From Prevotella sp. (GTDB lineage Bacteria > Bacteroidota > Bacteroidia > Bacteroidales > Bacteroidaceae), in assembly GCA_024681705.1 (NCBI GenBank), contig JAILAI010000284.1, positions 152 to 64,151 of the forward strand: DNA of 64,000 nt. Direction: 5' to 3'. The notes beneath the pieces are model-generated. The model was not told the DNA's origin. It searched no databases and saw nothing but the letters and a program-made list of their open reading frames with translations. How positions within the stretch are numbered: the stretch's first letter is position 1; the number at the start of each line of letters is the position of its first letter. The position numbers were made by a program, and so were the translations under genes. Shown here in pieces: positions 9,958 through 20,370 of the stretch.

Positions 9958-10275
9958 TTAGACGATAACAGCGGTACCACTGGTAGCCACCATGAGCATG
10001 GAACCGTTCGAACCGATGGTTTCGTAGTCGATATCGATGGCGATGACGGCATTGGCACCCATCTGAGCGGCGCGTTGTGCCATCTCGTTCATTGAAGACT
10101 CACGAGCTTCCATCAGCACTTGCTCATACGACGAGCTGCGACCACCCACGATGTCGCGGATGCCAGCCATAAAGTCTTTTACGAAGTTGGCACCAATGAT
10201 GGTCTCGCCAGTCACCACGCCCAGATACTGCTTAACGGGATAGCCCTGAACGTCGGGAGTTGTAGTTAGAATCAT
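9958..10275 (-). CDS. YbjQ/UPF0145 heavy-metal-binding domain protein
   Basis: MILTTT...GVVTGE...IRDIVGGRS...GANAVI...SGTAV. Confidence 0.92.
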   Translation of the reverse strand: MILTTTPDVQGYPVKQYLGVVTGETIIGANFVKDFMAGIRDIVGGRSSSYEQVLMEARESSMNEMAQRAAQMGANAVIAIDIDYETIGSNGSMLMVATSGTAVIV

Positions 10276-10537
10276 AATTCATATTTATTAAAGGTTAAAC
10301 AAAATAGACATACAATAAAGGAAAAGTCTTCTCGCCGTGAAACCAACAGGGCGACGCAACAACCTGAAACTCTTTACTGGAGCCAGACTCGACAGATCGT
10401 GCAAATGCCGTTGCGCACAATTATTTGTGGCGCACCTTATTGTTGGAGTATTACCCCACTTTGTCCCTCCTCTGTAAACAAGGACGAGGGTGTTCATTGA
10501 CCAATAGCTCCCCAATAGGCAAAGGTACACCTAGGCT

Positions 10538-11632
10538 TCAAACCGTTATCTCGCCAGACCCGAAGCAGCAATGGTGTTCTTTGTCGTAGACCACGCAGAA
10601 CTGTCCGGGCGCCACGCCGTGAATCGGCTTCTCCGACTTCACCAAGAGTCTGCCTTCGTCGTCCTTCAGCAATTTCGCACGATGGTACTCGGGCGTGTGG
10701 CGAATCTTGAAGGTGATGTCCTCAGGTAGCGAATCCTCAGGCGCCATATCGGTGGCAGGAGGCGTCAGGAAGTGGAAACCGTGAATGGGAAACTCCTGTT
10801 TGTAAGCCGTTTCGGGGTCGTAGCCATGACTCACGTAGAGAATATTCCGCTCCACATCTTTCTTCACCACGAACCACGGGCCGCCCCCAAAGCCCAGTCC
10901 CTTTCGCTGGCCGATGGTGTGGAACCACAGCCCCCGATGTTCGCCAATGCGCTTTCCGGTTTCCAGTTCCACCACTTTTCCGGACTGTTCGCCCAGATAG
11001 CGTCGGATGTAGTCGTTGTAATTGATTTTCCCAAGGAAGCAGATGCCTTGCGAGTCCTTGCGCCTTGCGTTCACCAGATGTTCCCGCTCAGCCACCTCGC
11101 GCACCTCACCTTTTATATAATGTCCTATCGGGAAGAGCGCCTTGCGCAGTTGCCAAGGCTCTATCTGCGCCAGGAAGTCGGTCTGGTCCTTCACCGGGTC
11201 CGGACTGGTGGTGAGCCATTTCTGCCCGTCAATCCATTCTGTCTGCGCATAGTGGCCCGTTGCGATGAGGTCGTAGTCGTGACCGCATTTCTCGTCGAAC
11301 GCCCCAAACTTGATAAGTCTGTTGCACATCACGTCGGGATTGGGCGTCAGACCCGCCTTCACCTTCTCCATCGTGTAGCGCGTCACCTGGTCCCAGTACT
11401 CGTGATGACAGTCCACCACCTCGAGCCGGCAGCCATATTTCCTCGCCACGGCGGTAGCCATCTCCAAGTCTTCCTCGGCCGTACAATCCCATTGCTCGGC
11501 CTCCTCAGGACCGATATTGATGTAGAAGCAATCGGGATGCAGACCTATCCGGGCAAATTCGTAGACCACCACCGAGCTGTCGACGCCCCCCGAAAGGAGC
11601 ACCGCCACGCGCTTGTTGTTGATTTCTTCCAT
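10538..11632 (-). CDS. mnmA: tRNA 2-thiouridine(34) synthase MnmA
   Basis: SGGVDS PP-loop, TPNPDVMCN, ATGHYA, KDQT, KDSQGICF and PGQ motifs. Real start is 11632 or 11638, just after a TAtcTTTG box. Confidence 0.95.
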   Translation of the reverse strand: MEEINNKRVAVLLSGGVDSSVVVYEFARIGLHPDCFYINIGPEEAEQWDCTAEEDLEMATAVARKYGCRLEVVDCHHEYWDQVTRYTMEKVKAGLTPNPDVMCNRLIKFGAFDEKCGHDYDLIATGHYAQTEWIDGQKWLTTSPDPVKDQTDFLAQIEPWQLRKALFPIGHYIKGEVREVAEREHLVNARRKDSQGICFLGKINYNDYIRRYLGEQSGKVVELETGKRIGEHRGLWFHTIGQRKGLGFGGGPWFVVKKDVERNILYVSHGYDPETAYKQEFPIHGFHFLTPPATDMAPEDSLPEDITFKIRHTPEYHRAKLLKDDEGRLLVKSEKPIHGVAPGQFCVVYDKEHHCCFGSGEITV

Positions 11633-11687
11633 GTTCATGTTGCAAAGATAACCAAATCTTGTCAATGCACCAACGTTTCCGATGGTT

Positions 11688-13901
11688 TTATTTCGTCTTG
11701 TCGATGATGAGCAGCCCCGATTTCTCCTCCTTTTTGGGAGTCGGTTTCTGTTGCGGCTTCGTGGTTGTAGGCTTTGGCTGAGGCTTCGCGGTAGTGGTCT
11801 TCTTCTGCACCTTCCGGTTCTTCGAGGAAGACGTGATTGTAGAAGAGCGCGGCCGAACGATGCGACGTGTGGTTGATGGACGGACGATGCTCCGCTCCGG
11901 AATGATGACGGGCTGAGCGTCGTCGGCAGGTTCAATGACGTTGTCGTATGCCGGCTCGGGCTCGGGTTGGCGTTCGGCTGCCAGCTTCAGATTCCGATGA
12001 CCTATGAACGGACGCACCGCCAGATAGGTGTTAAGAGGCTCTACCGTCATCGGCTTGATGACCTCGTCATCGTAATAGAAAGCCGTAGCGTTGCCCGACG
12101 ACTGCAATGTCGACGTCCAGACGGTTCCGCACTCGCCCATATTCGACCTCATGTCGCCGCCCGAAGCAGGAAACACATACAGGTAGGTATCGCTACGTTC
12201 GAAGAGTTCGTCGTAGGCGATATCGGTGGCGTTGACCAAGTCGCGATGGTTAAGGCCCAGCGGCAGGATGTCGACCACGAGCCCCGTTCCCGACTGGAAA
12301 CGATAGCGAAAGGCACAACGATACTCGGTGCCGGTGAAGCGCAAGGCGTAGAGCGTCCCGTTACCCGTGCCGTAATACTGGCTGTTGACGAAGATGTCTT
12401 TGCGGTTGTTGAACTCGATGGTCTCATATCTCATTTCGTGAACCGACCGGTTCAGCGACACCTCCGACGGCGGCAGGATACACGCCATCTCTTCCATTGT
12501 CGGCAGATGGAAGTCGTCGTAGTCGCTCACGTCGGCCTCTCTGATGGCTTCGTTGAAGTTGAACATGCCCGGCATCTCATCGTCGAGCATCCAGTTGCCC
12601 TCGTGGTTGAGGTTCGATTCGGCGCAATAGTCGATGGGGATGCTGTCGTTGATGGCCTCAATCTCCAGCGGCGGTTGCGTGAAGGTGAAGTGCAACTGCT
12701 GTGTGGCGTCGGCATCGGCGGTGAGCGTGAAGTTCATCCGTCGGGCCTCAGCACTGTAGTTCTTGTTCAGGGAAACGGTATGGAGCACCGTGTTTCCCGA
12801 TAGCTTGCGCGTGTCAATGGTGCCATAGGGGAAAGTGCTTCCATCGTCATATTTGATAGACGAGGCGCCAGGATTAGTGCGCACGTAGACCTTCAGTGTG
12901 GCCTGCTTGTAACTCACGGCCGTTGCCTCAGTGGCGTCCACGGGTTCGTCCACATAGAGATTCTCGCCGTAGAGACTGGCGTGCATAAACCGCGTGGCAC
13001 GTTCGTAGGTGGCCTGCGGATTCTGGTAGAGTCTTGCGTAGCCCATTCCCCCGCGGTAGTCGGTGAGTGTTAGCGATTGTGTGGAGATGGAGAAACAACG
13101 GTTCTGCGAACACAGATAGATGGTCTCGCCGCCCGATACCACCGGCAGCGTGAACGTCTCCGCACCCGTCTGCTTGCTCCACCAGCGGTCGTTGTCTACG
13201 TCCTTCACCTTCTTCACATCGTCGTTGGCCGCCACCTGCTTGATGCTGATGACGAGCGAGCTGCCTGTCCACTCGTAGCGATAGGCACGGCAATCGGCAT
13301 AGTCGAAATTCTTCCGCACCACGGGGTCATAGATATCGTCGTTGGCCGATTTCTCGTACTCCTCGCCGAGCGGACGACGGAAACGCAGACCATAGATGAC
13401 GCCCTTGCCTCGCCCCACGTAGTCGCTGACGCACACGAACGGTTCCCGGCCAGGCAGACAAACCCTTTCGACCATTACCTGCACCTTACCGCTCTTGTAG
13501 AAAGTCGGTGCATCGGGCCCTTCGATGGTCGGCGCCAGATAGGCCATCTCCTCTTCGGTGGGCAGACGGTACACCTGATCGTTGACGACGATGCTGTTGA
13601 GCACGCCCGAATACGCGAACTGACCGCCCATAGCTGGTCCTGAGGCCCACGAAGTGGCATCGGCGGCGAGGTTCGCCTTCGCGAAGTAGTCGAGCGGTTT
13701 GTAGTTGCGCGACTTCACCAGCGGGATACTGGCGTTGTGCTCGATGGTTTTGAAAAGGTTATCGATGTATTCCTGATTGCTCGGTGTGTTCATGCTCGCC
13801 ATCGTCTGCGCCGCACTGGGCACGACAAACAGCAGCGCCACGAGCGCCACCAACCAGCACCGTGCAATACCATTACCTATATATATGTTCTGTTTACTCA
13901 T
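11688..13901 (-). CDS. Secreted protein with two tandem FISUMP/DUF1566-like (probable C-type-lectin-fold) domains
   Basis: Signal peptide; internal duplication (PLDYFAKANL/PIDYCAESNL, YRLPTEEEM/FHLPTMEEM, YGLRF/YALRF); WTST...AVRPF ending; Lys/Pro/Thr-rich tail. Confidence 0.55.
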   Translation of the reverse strand: MSKQNIYIGNGIARCWLVALVALLFVVPSAAQTMASMNTPSNQEYIDNLFKTIEHNASIPLVKSRNYKPLDYFAKANLAADATSWASGPAMGGQFAYSGVLNSIVVNDQVYRLPTEEEMAYLAPTIEGPDAPTFYKSGKVQVMVERVCLPGREPFVCVSDYVGRGKGVIYGLRFRRPLGEEYEKSANDDIYDPVVRKNFDYADCRAYRYEWTGSSLVISIKQVAANDDVKKVKDVDNDRWWSKQTGAETFTLPVVSGGETIYLCSQNRCFSISTQSLTLTDYRGGMGYARLYQNPQATYERATRFMHASLYGENLYVDEPVDATEATAVSYKQATLKVYVRTNPGASSIKYDDGSTFPYGTIDTRKLSGNTVLHTVSLNKNYSAEARRMNFTLTADADATQQLHFTFTQPPLEIEAINDSIPIDYCAESNLNHEGNWMLDDEMPGMFNFNEAIREADVSDYDDFHLPTMEEMACILPPSEVSLNRSVHEMRYETIEFNNRKDIFVNSQYYGTGNGTLYALRFTGTEYRCAFRYRFQSGTGLVVDILPLGLNHRDLVNATDIAYDELFERSDTYLYVFPASGGDMRSNMGECGTVWTSTLQSSGNATAFYYDDEVIKPMTVEPLNTYLAVRPFIGHRNLKLAAERQPEPEPAYDNVIEPADDAQPVIIPERSIVRPSTTRRIVRPRSSTITSSSKNRKVQKKTTTAKPQPKPTTTKPQQKPTPKKEEKSGLLIIDKTK

Positions 13902-13925
13902 TTCAACTTCTCCTTTCCCCGCGCC

Positions 13926-14741
13926 TTATTTGCTCTCTTCGCCGTCCACCTTTATTGGTTCCACCTTGGTGTATTTCTGGATGATGCTGTTGATGATGTC
14001 GTAATACTGTTCCCTGCTGATGGAAATATCCTTTCCGTCGGTGTTCGAATAGTATTTCTTGCCCTTGTAATGGTAGTGGGGACGCGTCTCGTCCTTCACC
14101 ATCTCACCGTCTTTCAGCAGCATCCAACTGGCATCGCCCTTCTTCTTACTGTCGCTGAACACGGCGAAGATGCCCTGATCCTCTATCCACATCCATTCGG
14201 CAACAGCCTCATCGCACACTACTTTAGGCTCACTTCCATTCTGTTGGCACACCACGAGTCGCGTGTTGTTGTTGGCAACGCCTTCCTCCGTTCCGTCGCC
14301 GTCGATGTCAATGAGGAAGTATTCCGAAAGCTTATCGTAGCCGTTCTTCTCGAAATACGCCGCCAGCGTGGTGCCCAGCACCTTCTTATCGTTGCCTTTT
14401 CCTACTCGCGAACCGTCATAAAACAGGTAAGCAGCCCCTGCCAACGCGAGCACCGTCACGAAGATGGCCAACCTCTTGATGAATTTGACCGACGACGGCT
14501 CTTCCGGCTCTTCGTAAGTCGGCGCATTGGGATATGGCGGAATGACGGGTTCTTCCAGTATGGTGACGTCGGGCGTTGTCGTCGGCACATCCGGCTGTTG
14601 CGTCTCGGGCGAAGCATAGGGATTGGACGGCTGCGTCCTGATGATGTTCATACAACAGGGACATTCAACCCCCTCGGTAGCGGCATCGCGCTCAGACGAG
14701 AACTGGTAATGGCAACGTGGGCAAGTATATTCTATCTTCAT
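13926..14741 (-). CDS. Zinc-ribbon single-pass membrane protein
   Basis: CPRC...CPCC at the N-terminus, Pro-rich linker, one TM, and a DIDGDG motif. Confidence 0.65.
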   Translation of the reverse strand: MKIEYTCPRCHYQFSSERDAATEGVECPCCMNIIRTQPSNPYASPETQQPDVPTTTPDVTILEEPVIPPYPNAPTYEEPEEPSSVKFIKRLAIFVTVLALAGAAYLFYDGSRVGKGNDKKVLGTTLAAYFEKNGYDKLSEYFLIDIDGDGTEEGVANNNTRLVVCQQNGSEPKVVCDEAVAEWMWIEDQGIFAVFSDSKKKGDASWMLLKDGEMVKDETRPHYHYKGKKYYSNTDGKDISISREQYYDIINSIIQKYTKVEPIKVDGEESK

Positions 14742-14791
14742 TTATTTTGAGTTTTGGCGTTTTAATTCTGATTGCTATCGTGATGGGGCCA

Positions 14792-15643
14792 CTATCCGTT
14801 GGCGCGTTCCTCCCTCGGGCTGGTCGCCAGCACCTCCAGATATTGCTCGATGGGTATTCCCCTGTTCTTGTCTCTGTTACCCTTGTTCAGGTCTATCAGC
14901 TTGTAGAGCGCATCCATCGCCGCCCGCGTGCTCCACTTCAGGGGCTCGTCGTTGAGCAGGTGACCGATGAGAATGGCCGAGAACATATCGCCCGTACCGG
15001 GGAAGTGAACGGGTATTTCCTCGTAGGGCAGCAGGAAGTACTCGCCCTTATGGTGGTTGAATCCCACCACCGAGGTCTGTCCGTCTACGGGCGTACTCGT
15101 GATGAGCACCGAGCGCGAGCCGATGTCGCGCAGCTTGTCGACCAGCTGTCGGGCCTCAGCCCATGTGATGCCCTCCTTCTTATAAGGAGTATCCGTCAGA
15201 TAACATGCCTCGGTGAGGTTGGGGAATATCAGATGAGCCACGCTCACCATCTGCCGCATGCTTTGGATGGTCGACGGTGTCACGCCGTTATACAGCTTAC
15301 CGTCGTCGCCCATGATGGGATCCACGAAGATGAATGTCCCTTTGTCCGCCTGCTCACGACAGTAGTCGGCCACCACTTTTGCCTGTCGCTCACTGGCGAT
15401 GAAACCTGTTGCAATGGCGTCGAACGAGAAGCCCAGCTCCGCCCATACGGGGAACACGCCGCAGATGTAGTCGGTGGTGTCGAGGAGGTTGAACTTGCCG
15501 TAGTCGAGTGTATTCGAGACGAGGGCAGTGGGCAGGTTGTAGGTGGGGAGTCCGAAATACGACAAGATGGGAAGCATCGCCGCCGTCGCCACCTTTCCAT
15601 AACCAGCCATATCATTAATCAGAAGTATCTGCTTTCTTTTCAT
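14792..15643 (-). CDS. pdxK: Pyridoxal/pyridoxamine kinase
   Basis: GYGKV, VDPIMGDDG, PNLTEA and GTGD motifs. Confidence 0.9.
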   Translation of the reverse strand: MKRKQILLINDMAGYGKVATAAMLPILSYFGLPTYNLPTALVSNTLDYGKFNLLDTTDYICGVFPVWAELGFSFDAIATGFIASERQAKVVADYCREQADKGTFIFVDPIMGDDGKLYNGVTPSTIQSMRQMVSVAHLIFPNLTEACYLTDTPYKKEGITWAEARQLVDKLRDIGSRSVLITSTPVDGQTSVVGFNHHKGEYFLLPYEEIPVHFPGTGDMFSAILIGHLLNDEPLKWSTRAAMDALYKLIDLNKGNRDKNRGIPIEQYLEVLATSPREERANG

Positions 15644-15736
15644 CTTCTTATAAGCATTTCCGCTGCAAAGTTACGCAGAAGAATTAAGAAATAAGAATTT
15701 TAGCAGCATTTTTCGATGGGAAAAGGGGAAAGGAAA

Positions 15737-15809
15737 AGAAAAAGGGTGAGTCACCCCACCCGTAATGATTTCACAACGGAATAATCCTTATTGTGATTAG
15801 CTAGAATTT
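15737..15809 (-). ncRNA. tracrRNA of the type II-C system
   Basis: The minus strand reads aaattctagctaatcacaa (anti-repeat), taaggattattccg (nexus-like), ttgtgaaatcattac, then a gggtggggtgactcaccc hairpin and T-run. It lies divergent from cas9. Confidence 0.85.
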
Positions 15810-15863
15810 GGTGCAAAATAAATAAAAAATAATCAAACATGCAAGTAATTGAGAGTTTTTTTC

Positions 15864-15871
15864 TACCTTTG
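15864..15871 (+). promoter_or_regulatory. Bacteroidota -7 promoter box upstream of cas9
   Basis: TACCTTTG matches TAnnTTTG, 26 nt before the ATG. Confidence 0.65.
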
Positions 15872-15897
15872 TACATCAATTTAACAAATTACGAGCT

Positions 15898-18800
15898 ATG
15901 GGACATATTTTAGGGTTAGATTTAGGAACAAATAGTATAGGTTGGGCTGTAATTGATGAAACTCAACATAAGATAACTGCTATAGGAAGTAGGATTATCC
16001 CGATGAGTGCAGACGTACTTGCAGATTTCGAGAAGGGTACGCTCGAAACACAAATGGCAAAACGTCGAGGCTTTCGAGGTACACGTAGACTTTACGAGCG
16101 TAGCAAGCTACGCAGAGAGCGGTTGCACCGCGTACTCAACATCCTCGGTTTCCTTCCAGAGGAATACAGACAACAAATAGATTTTGAGGAACATCCAGGA
16201 AAATTCAAGAGCGATACAATTCCCTTGCTACCTTATAAGAAAGATGCATACGGAAAACGTCAGTTTGCTTTTATGTCATCTTTCAATGAAATGGTCGCTG
16301 ACTTCGCCCTACACCAACCGGAATTGGTTAATGAAGGTAAGTTGATACCACATGATTGGTGTCTTTATTATCTCCGCAAAAAGGCACTTACACAAGCTAT
16401 ATCTCGTGAGGAACTCGCATGGATTATCATGAATTTCAATACAAAGCGCGGTTACTACCAGAGAATGGAGGAAGAAGGCGATGACTCAAAACTGGAGGAA
16501 TACAAACATCTGAAAGTTGTTGATATTGAAGATGCTGGCGTAAGCAAAAGGCGAAAAGACCAACACGATTACATTGTCGTCTTCGAAGAAGGCATCAAGA
16601 AAGGCATAACAAGCAGGCAAATACCTTATGAGATTGGCGACGAACTAAATTTAATTGTGTCCTATAAATTGGACAAAGATGGACAGAAACGTACCGACAT
16701 TGAACCCTCTGCTCGTATTGTAAACAACGAGAAAGATTGGACATTGCTCAAAAAGAAAACAGAAGCCGACCTTGAAACAAGCGCCCTGACTGTTGGAGAA
16801 TACATATATCAACATATTCTGAGCATTCCGAGCGATAAAGTACGAGGGAATTTTGTCAGAACAATCGAGCGCAAGTTCTACAAAGATGAACTCATCAAGA
16901 TTCTGAACAAACAAGCTGAATTCCATCCAGAGTTAAAGAGCGTCGAGTTGTATGAGAAGTGCGTGAATGAGCTTTATCACCAAAACGAAGCCCATCGTGC
17001 ATCGTTGGAAGGAAAGACGTTCACAGATTTAATTGTTGACGACATCATTTTCTATCAGCGTCCGTTAAAGAGTAAAAAATACCTTATTAGTAATTGTCCG
17101 TACGAAACATATACATATATAGATAAAGAAACAGGCGAGATTAAGCCAAAGGTGATAAAATGCATCACGAAGTCGAATCCCATCTTCCAAGAATTCAGAT
17201 TGTGGCAGTTCGTCAGAAATCTGAAAATCTATGCTAAACAACGCGAGGTGAACGGCAAGTTGTGCATCGACTACAACTGCACTTCCGAATTCATTAAGTC
17301 GGAAGACGACATCGCTGCACTTTACGAATGGCTCAACGACAAGAAAGAAATCGACCAGAAGACGTTCCTGAAGTATCCTGGATTCGGAATTAAGAAAGAC
17401 GAACTTGACAATTATCGATGGAACTATGTTGAAGACAAGAAGTATCCTTGCAATGAAACACGCTATCTGCTCTTGTCGCGATTGAAGAAAGTAAACAAGG
17501 CGTTGACGCTGACCGATGAAGAGTTCTTCAAGCTTTGGCACATTCTTTATTCTATTGACGACCGCATACAACTGGATAAAGCCTTGAGTTCGTTTGCACG
17601 GAACATAGCTGCCAATGAGGAAGACTTCTGTAATCAGTTCCGCAACACCCCACCTTTCAAAGCCGAATACGGTTCATATTCGCAGAAAGCCATCAGCAAA
17701 CTATTGCCACTTATGCGATGCGGAAAATATTGGAATGAGGAAGCCATTCCCGAATCAGTGAAAAAACGCATCATTGCCATCATAAATGAAGAGGTGGAAA
17801 ACGGAAAGACTATGGAAAGAATAAGGGAGAGAGCTATAAGGCTGACCCAACTATCCGATTTCCGTTTCATGGAGCTATGGCTGGCATTATATGTAGTATA
17901 CGGTGACAAAGCCCGTGAAGAAAAACGATGGACTAAGCCAGATGACATAGACCGCTATCTTCTAGAAAACCTGAAACAAGGCACCCTGCGCAACCCTGTT
18001 GTTGAGCAAGTGCTTACAGAGACCCTCCGTGTAGTAAGGGATATTTGGAAAACCTATGGAAAAATCGATGAGGTGCATATCGAATTGGGACGCGAGATGA
18101 AGCAAACCAAGGACCAGCGCGTGAGGGCATTGGCAAAGATTAGTGACAACGAGAACACAAATCTACGCATCCGTGCATTGCTACAGGAGTTCACCGACCC
18201 CACCTATGGCGTGAAAGATGTACGTCCGTATTCACCAATGCATCAGGAAAAGATGAAAATCTACGAAGAGGCTGTGCTGAATTCTGCTGAAGTCGATGAC
18301 GAGATAAGGGAAATCCTGAAGGGATTCCGCGAAACCGACGCTTCAAAGAGACCTTCACACAAGCAGATAGAAAGATACAAGCTGTGGCTTGAGCAGCATT
18401 ATTGTTCACCTTATACTGGTCAGCCCATTCCTTTGTCCAGACTATTCACCGACGACTATCAGATTGAGCATGTCATCCCCAAAGCGCGCTACTACGACGA
18501 CTCGCTCAACAACAAGGTGATTTGCGAAAGCGAGGTAAACCAGCTGAAGAGCAATATGCTCGGCTATGAGTTCATACGCAAGAACGGTGGACAGATTGTT
18601 GGCAATGGCCTGAAGATCCTGAAGACTGAGCAATACGAGGTATTCATCAAGGACAACTATTCACGCAACAAGGCGAAGATGAACAATCTACTCTTGGAAG
18701 ATGTGCCCGAAAGCTTCGTTAACCGACAGATGAATGATTCGCGCTACATCTCACGCGAAATCATGCACATCCTCTCCAATCTGGTTAGAAACGAAAAAGA

Positions 18801-20367
18801 CGACGAAGAACCTGTCTCTAAGAACGTCGTTCCGCTAAACGGAAAGGTTACTACAGTGCTGAAGAAAGACTGGGGGCTCAATGATGTGTGGAATCAGATT
18901 GTATATCCGCGTTTTGAAAGGCTCAACCGCATCACCGGAACACACGACTATGGAGAGTGGCGAATGATTGAAGGCAAGAGGGTATTCCAGACGTCGGTGC
19001 CTGTAGCCATCTCCAAAGGTTTTCAGAAGAAGCGTATCGACCATCGCCATCATGCTATGGATGCACTCGTCATTGCACTCACCACTCGCAACCACATCAA
19101 TTATCTGAATAACGTTTATTCGGGTTCCGAAGGTGTGAAGAATCGTGAAGCCCTGAAGAGAGTTCTTTGCACAAAACAAAATGGAGAATGGAAATTTACA
19201 AAACCTTGGGAAACATTCACACAGGATGCCTACAATGCCCTGAGCAGCATCATTGTATCGTTCAAGCAGAACCTGCGTGTCATCAACAAGATTAATAACC
19301 ATTACCAGAAATATGTTGATGGCAAAAAGCAATTTGTAAAACAAACGGCTGGCGACTCTTGGGCCATAAGGAAGTCGTTGCACAAGGCATCTGTATCGGC
19401 AGCTGTCAATCTGAAACTTGTCAGGACTATTAGGCTTGCAGAAGCTTTGAAAAACGATTGGAAACGGATATGTGATAAGGAAATAAAGAAAGCCATTCGG
19501 GAACTTATCGGGCAGTATGGCGGACGCTACGATGCAAAGACCATCACCAAATACTTCAAAGACCGCGAATGGAAACTCAACGGAAAGGATATCTCGAAAG
19601 TGGAAACCTACTATTTCTCCGACGAGAGAGAGCAGCTGTCGGCTCGTCGAGATTTGCTGGACACCAGCTACGACGAGAAGAAAATAAAGACCATTACCGA
19701 CACCGGCATTCAGAAAATCCTATTGAACCATTTGCATAGATACGTAGATGATAAAGGAAAGGCACATCCCGAAAACGCTTTCTCTCCAGAAGGTATCATG
19801 GAAATGAACAAAAACATTCGAGAGTTGAATGGTGGGAAACCACATAAACCTATCTATTCGGTGAGAAATACGGAAATAATGGGAAAGAAATTTGCTATAG
19901 GAGAAACTTCAGGGAAAAGGTCAAAGTTCGTAGAAGCTGCTGATGGAACGAATTTGTTCTATGCAATATATGTAAATGATGAAAATAAACGGTCTTATGA
20001 AACAATTCCGTTTAGAATAGCTGTCGAAAGAATGAAAGCTCATATGAGCATTGCCGATGAGGTGACACCAGATGGTAGAAAGCTTCTATTTACCCTTTCA
20101 CCCAACGACTTGGTGTATATCAAGGAGAATAATAGCCCTCTAAGTGAAAACGAAAAGTTGGATGTTGCTCTTATTTACAAGGCTGTATCATTTAATGGTC
20201 CTCAGAGTTTCTTCATCCCGAGTTTTGTTGCCACTCCAATAGTCAAAGCTATTGAACTGGGGTCAGGTAACAAGGCAGAAAGAGCATGGAACGAAAAAAT
20301 GATTAAGAATGTATGTTGCAAGTTAAGAATTGACAGGCTAGGGCGCATCATCAAAATCATCCAGTAG
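15898..20367 (+). CDS. cas9: Type II-C CRISPR endonuclease Cas9 (1489 aa)
   Basis: RuvC-I ILGLDLGTNSIGWA, Arg-rich bridge helix, RuvC-II VHIELGRE, HNH IEHVIP...DDSLNNKVIC, RuvC-III DHRHHAMDA. Confidence 0.98.
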   Translation: MGHILGLDLGTNSIGWAVIDETQHKITAIGSRIIPMSADVLADFEKGTLETQMAKRRGFRGTRRLYERSKLRRERLHRVLNILGFLPEEYRQQIDFEEHPGKFKSDTIPLLPYKKDAYGKRQFAFMSSFNEMVADFALHQPELVNEGKLIPHDWCLYYLRKKALTQAISREELAWIIMNFNTKRGYYQRMEEEGDDSKLEEYKHLKVVDIEDAGVSKRRKDQHDYIVVFEEGIKKGITSRQIPYEIGDELNLIVSYKLDKDGQKRTDIEPSARIVNNEKDWTLLKKKTEADLETSALTVGEYIYQHILSIPSDKVRGNFVRTIERKFYKDELIKILNKQAEFHPELKSVELYEKCVNELYHQNEAHRASLEGKTFTDLIVDDIIFYQRPLKSKKYLISNCPYETYTYIDKETGEIKPKVIKCITKSNPIFQEFRLWQFVRNLKIYAKQREVNGKLCIDYNCTSEFIKSEDDIAALYEWLNDKKEIDQKTFLKYPGFGIKKDELDNYRWNYVEDKKYPCNETRYLLLSRLKKVNKALTLTDEEFFKLWHILYSIDDRIQLDKALSSFARNIAANEEDFCNQFRNTPPFKAEYGSYSQKAISKLLPLMRCGKYWNEEAIPESVKKRIIAIINEEVENGKTMERIRERAIRLTQLSDFRFMELWLALYVVYGDKAREEKRWTKPDDIDRYLLENLKQGTLRNPVVEQVLTETLRVVRDIWKTYGKIDEVHIELGREMKQTKDQRVRALAKISDNENTNLRIRALLQEFTDPTYGVKDVRPYSPMHQEKMKIYEEAVLNSAEVDDEIREILKGFRETDASKRPSHKQIERYKLWLEQHYCSPYTGQPIPLSRLFTDDYQIEHVIPKARYYDDSLNNKVICESEVNQLKSNMLGYEFIRKNGGQIVGNGLKILKTEQYEVFIKDNYSRNKAKMNNLLLEDVPESFVNRQMNDSRYISREIMHILSNLVRNEKDDEEPVSKNVVPLNGKVTTVLKKDWGLNDVWNQIVYPRFERLNRITGTHDYGEWRMIEGKRVFQTSVPVAISKGFQKKRIDHRHHAMDALVIALTTRNHINYLNNVYSGSEGVKNREALKRVLCTKQNGEWKFTKPWETFTQDAYNALSSIIVSFKQNLRVINKINNHYQKYVDGKKQFVKQTAGDSWAIRKSLHKASVSAAVNLKLVRTIRLAEALKNDWKRICDKEIKKAIRELIGQYGGRYDAKTITKYFKDREWKLNGKDISKVETYYFSDEREQLSARRDLLDTSYDEKKIKTITDTGIQKILLNHLHRYVDDKGKAHPENAFSPEGIMEMNKNIRELNGGKPHKPIYSVRNTEIMGKKFAIGETSGKRSKFVEAADGTNLFYAIYVNDENKRSYETIPFRIAVERMKAHMSIADEVTPDGRKLLFTLSPNDLVYIKENNSPLSENEKLDVALIYKAVSFNGPQSFFIPSFVATPIVKAIELGSGNKAERAWNEKMIKNVCCKLRIDRLGRIIKIIQ

Positions 20368-20370
20368 ACA

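Noticed and set aside
11633-11935. N-terminal extension of MnmA in the ORF track
   Set aside because: It overlaps the upstream gene in another frame, and a promoter box sits just before the ATGs at 11638/11632.
11688-13901. Diversity-generating retroelement target
   Set aside because: The fold type is compatible, but the window has no reverse transcriptase and no adenine-variant template repeat; the internal duplication is old and visible only at protein level.
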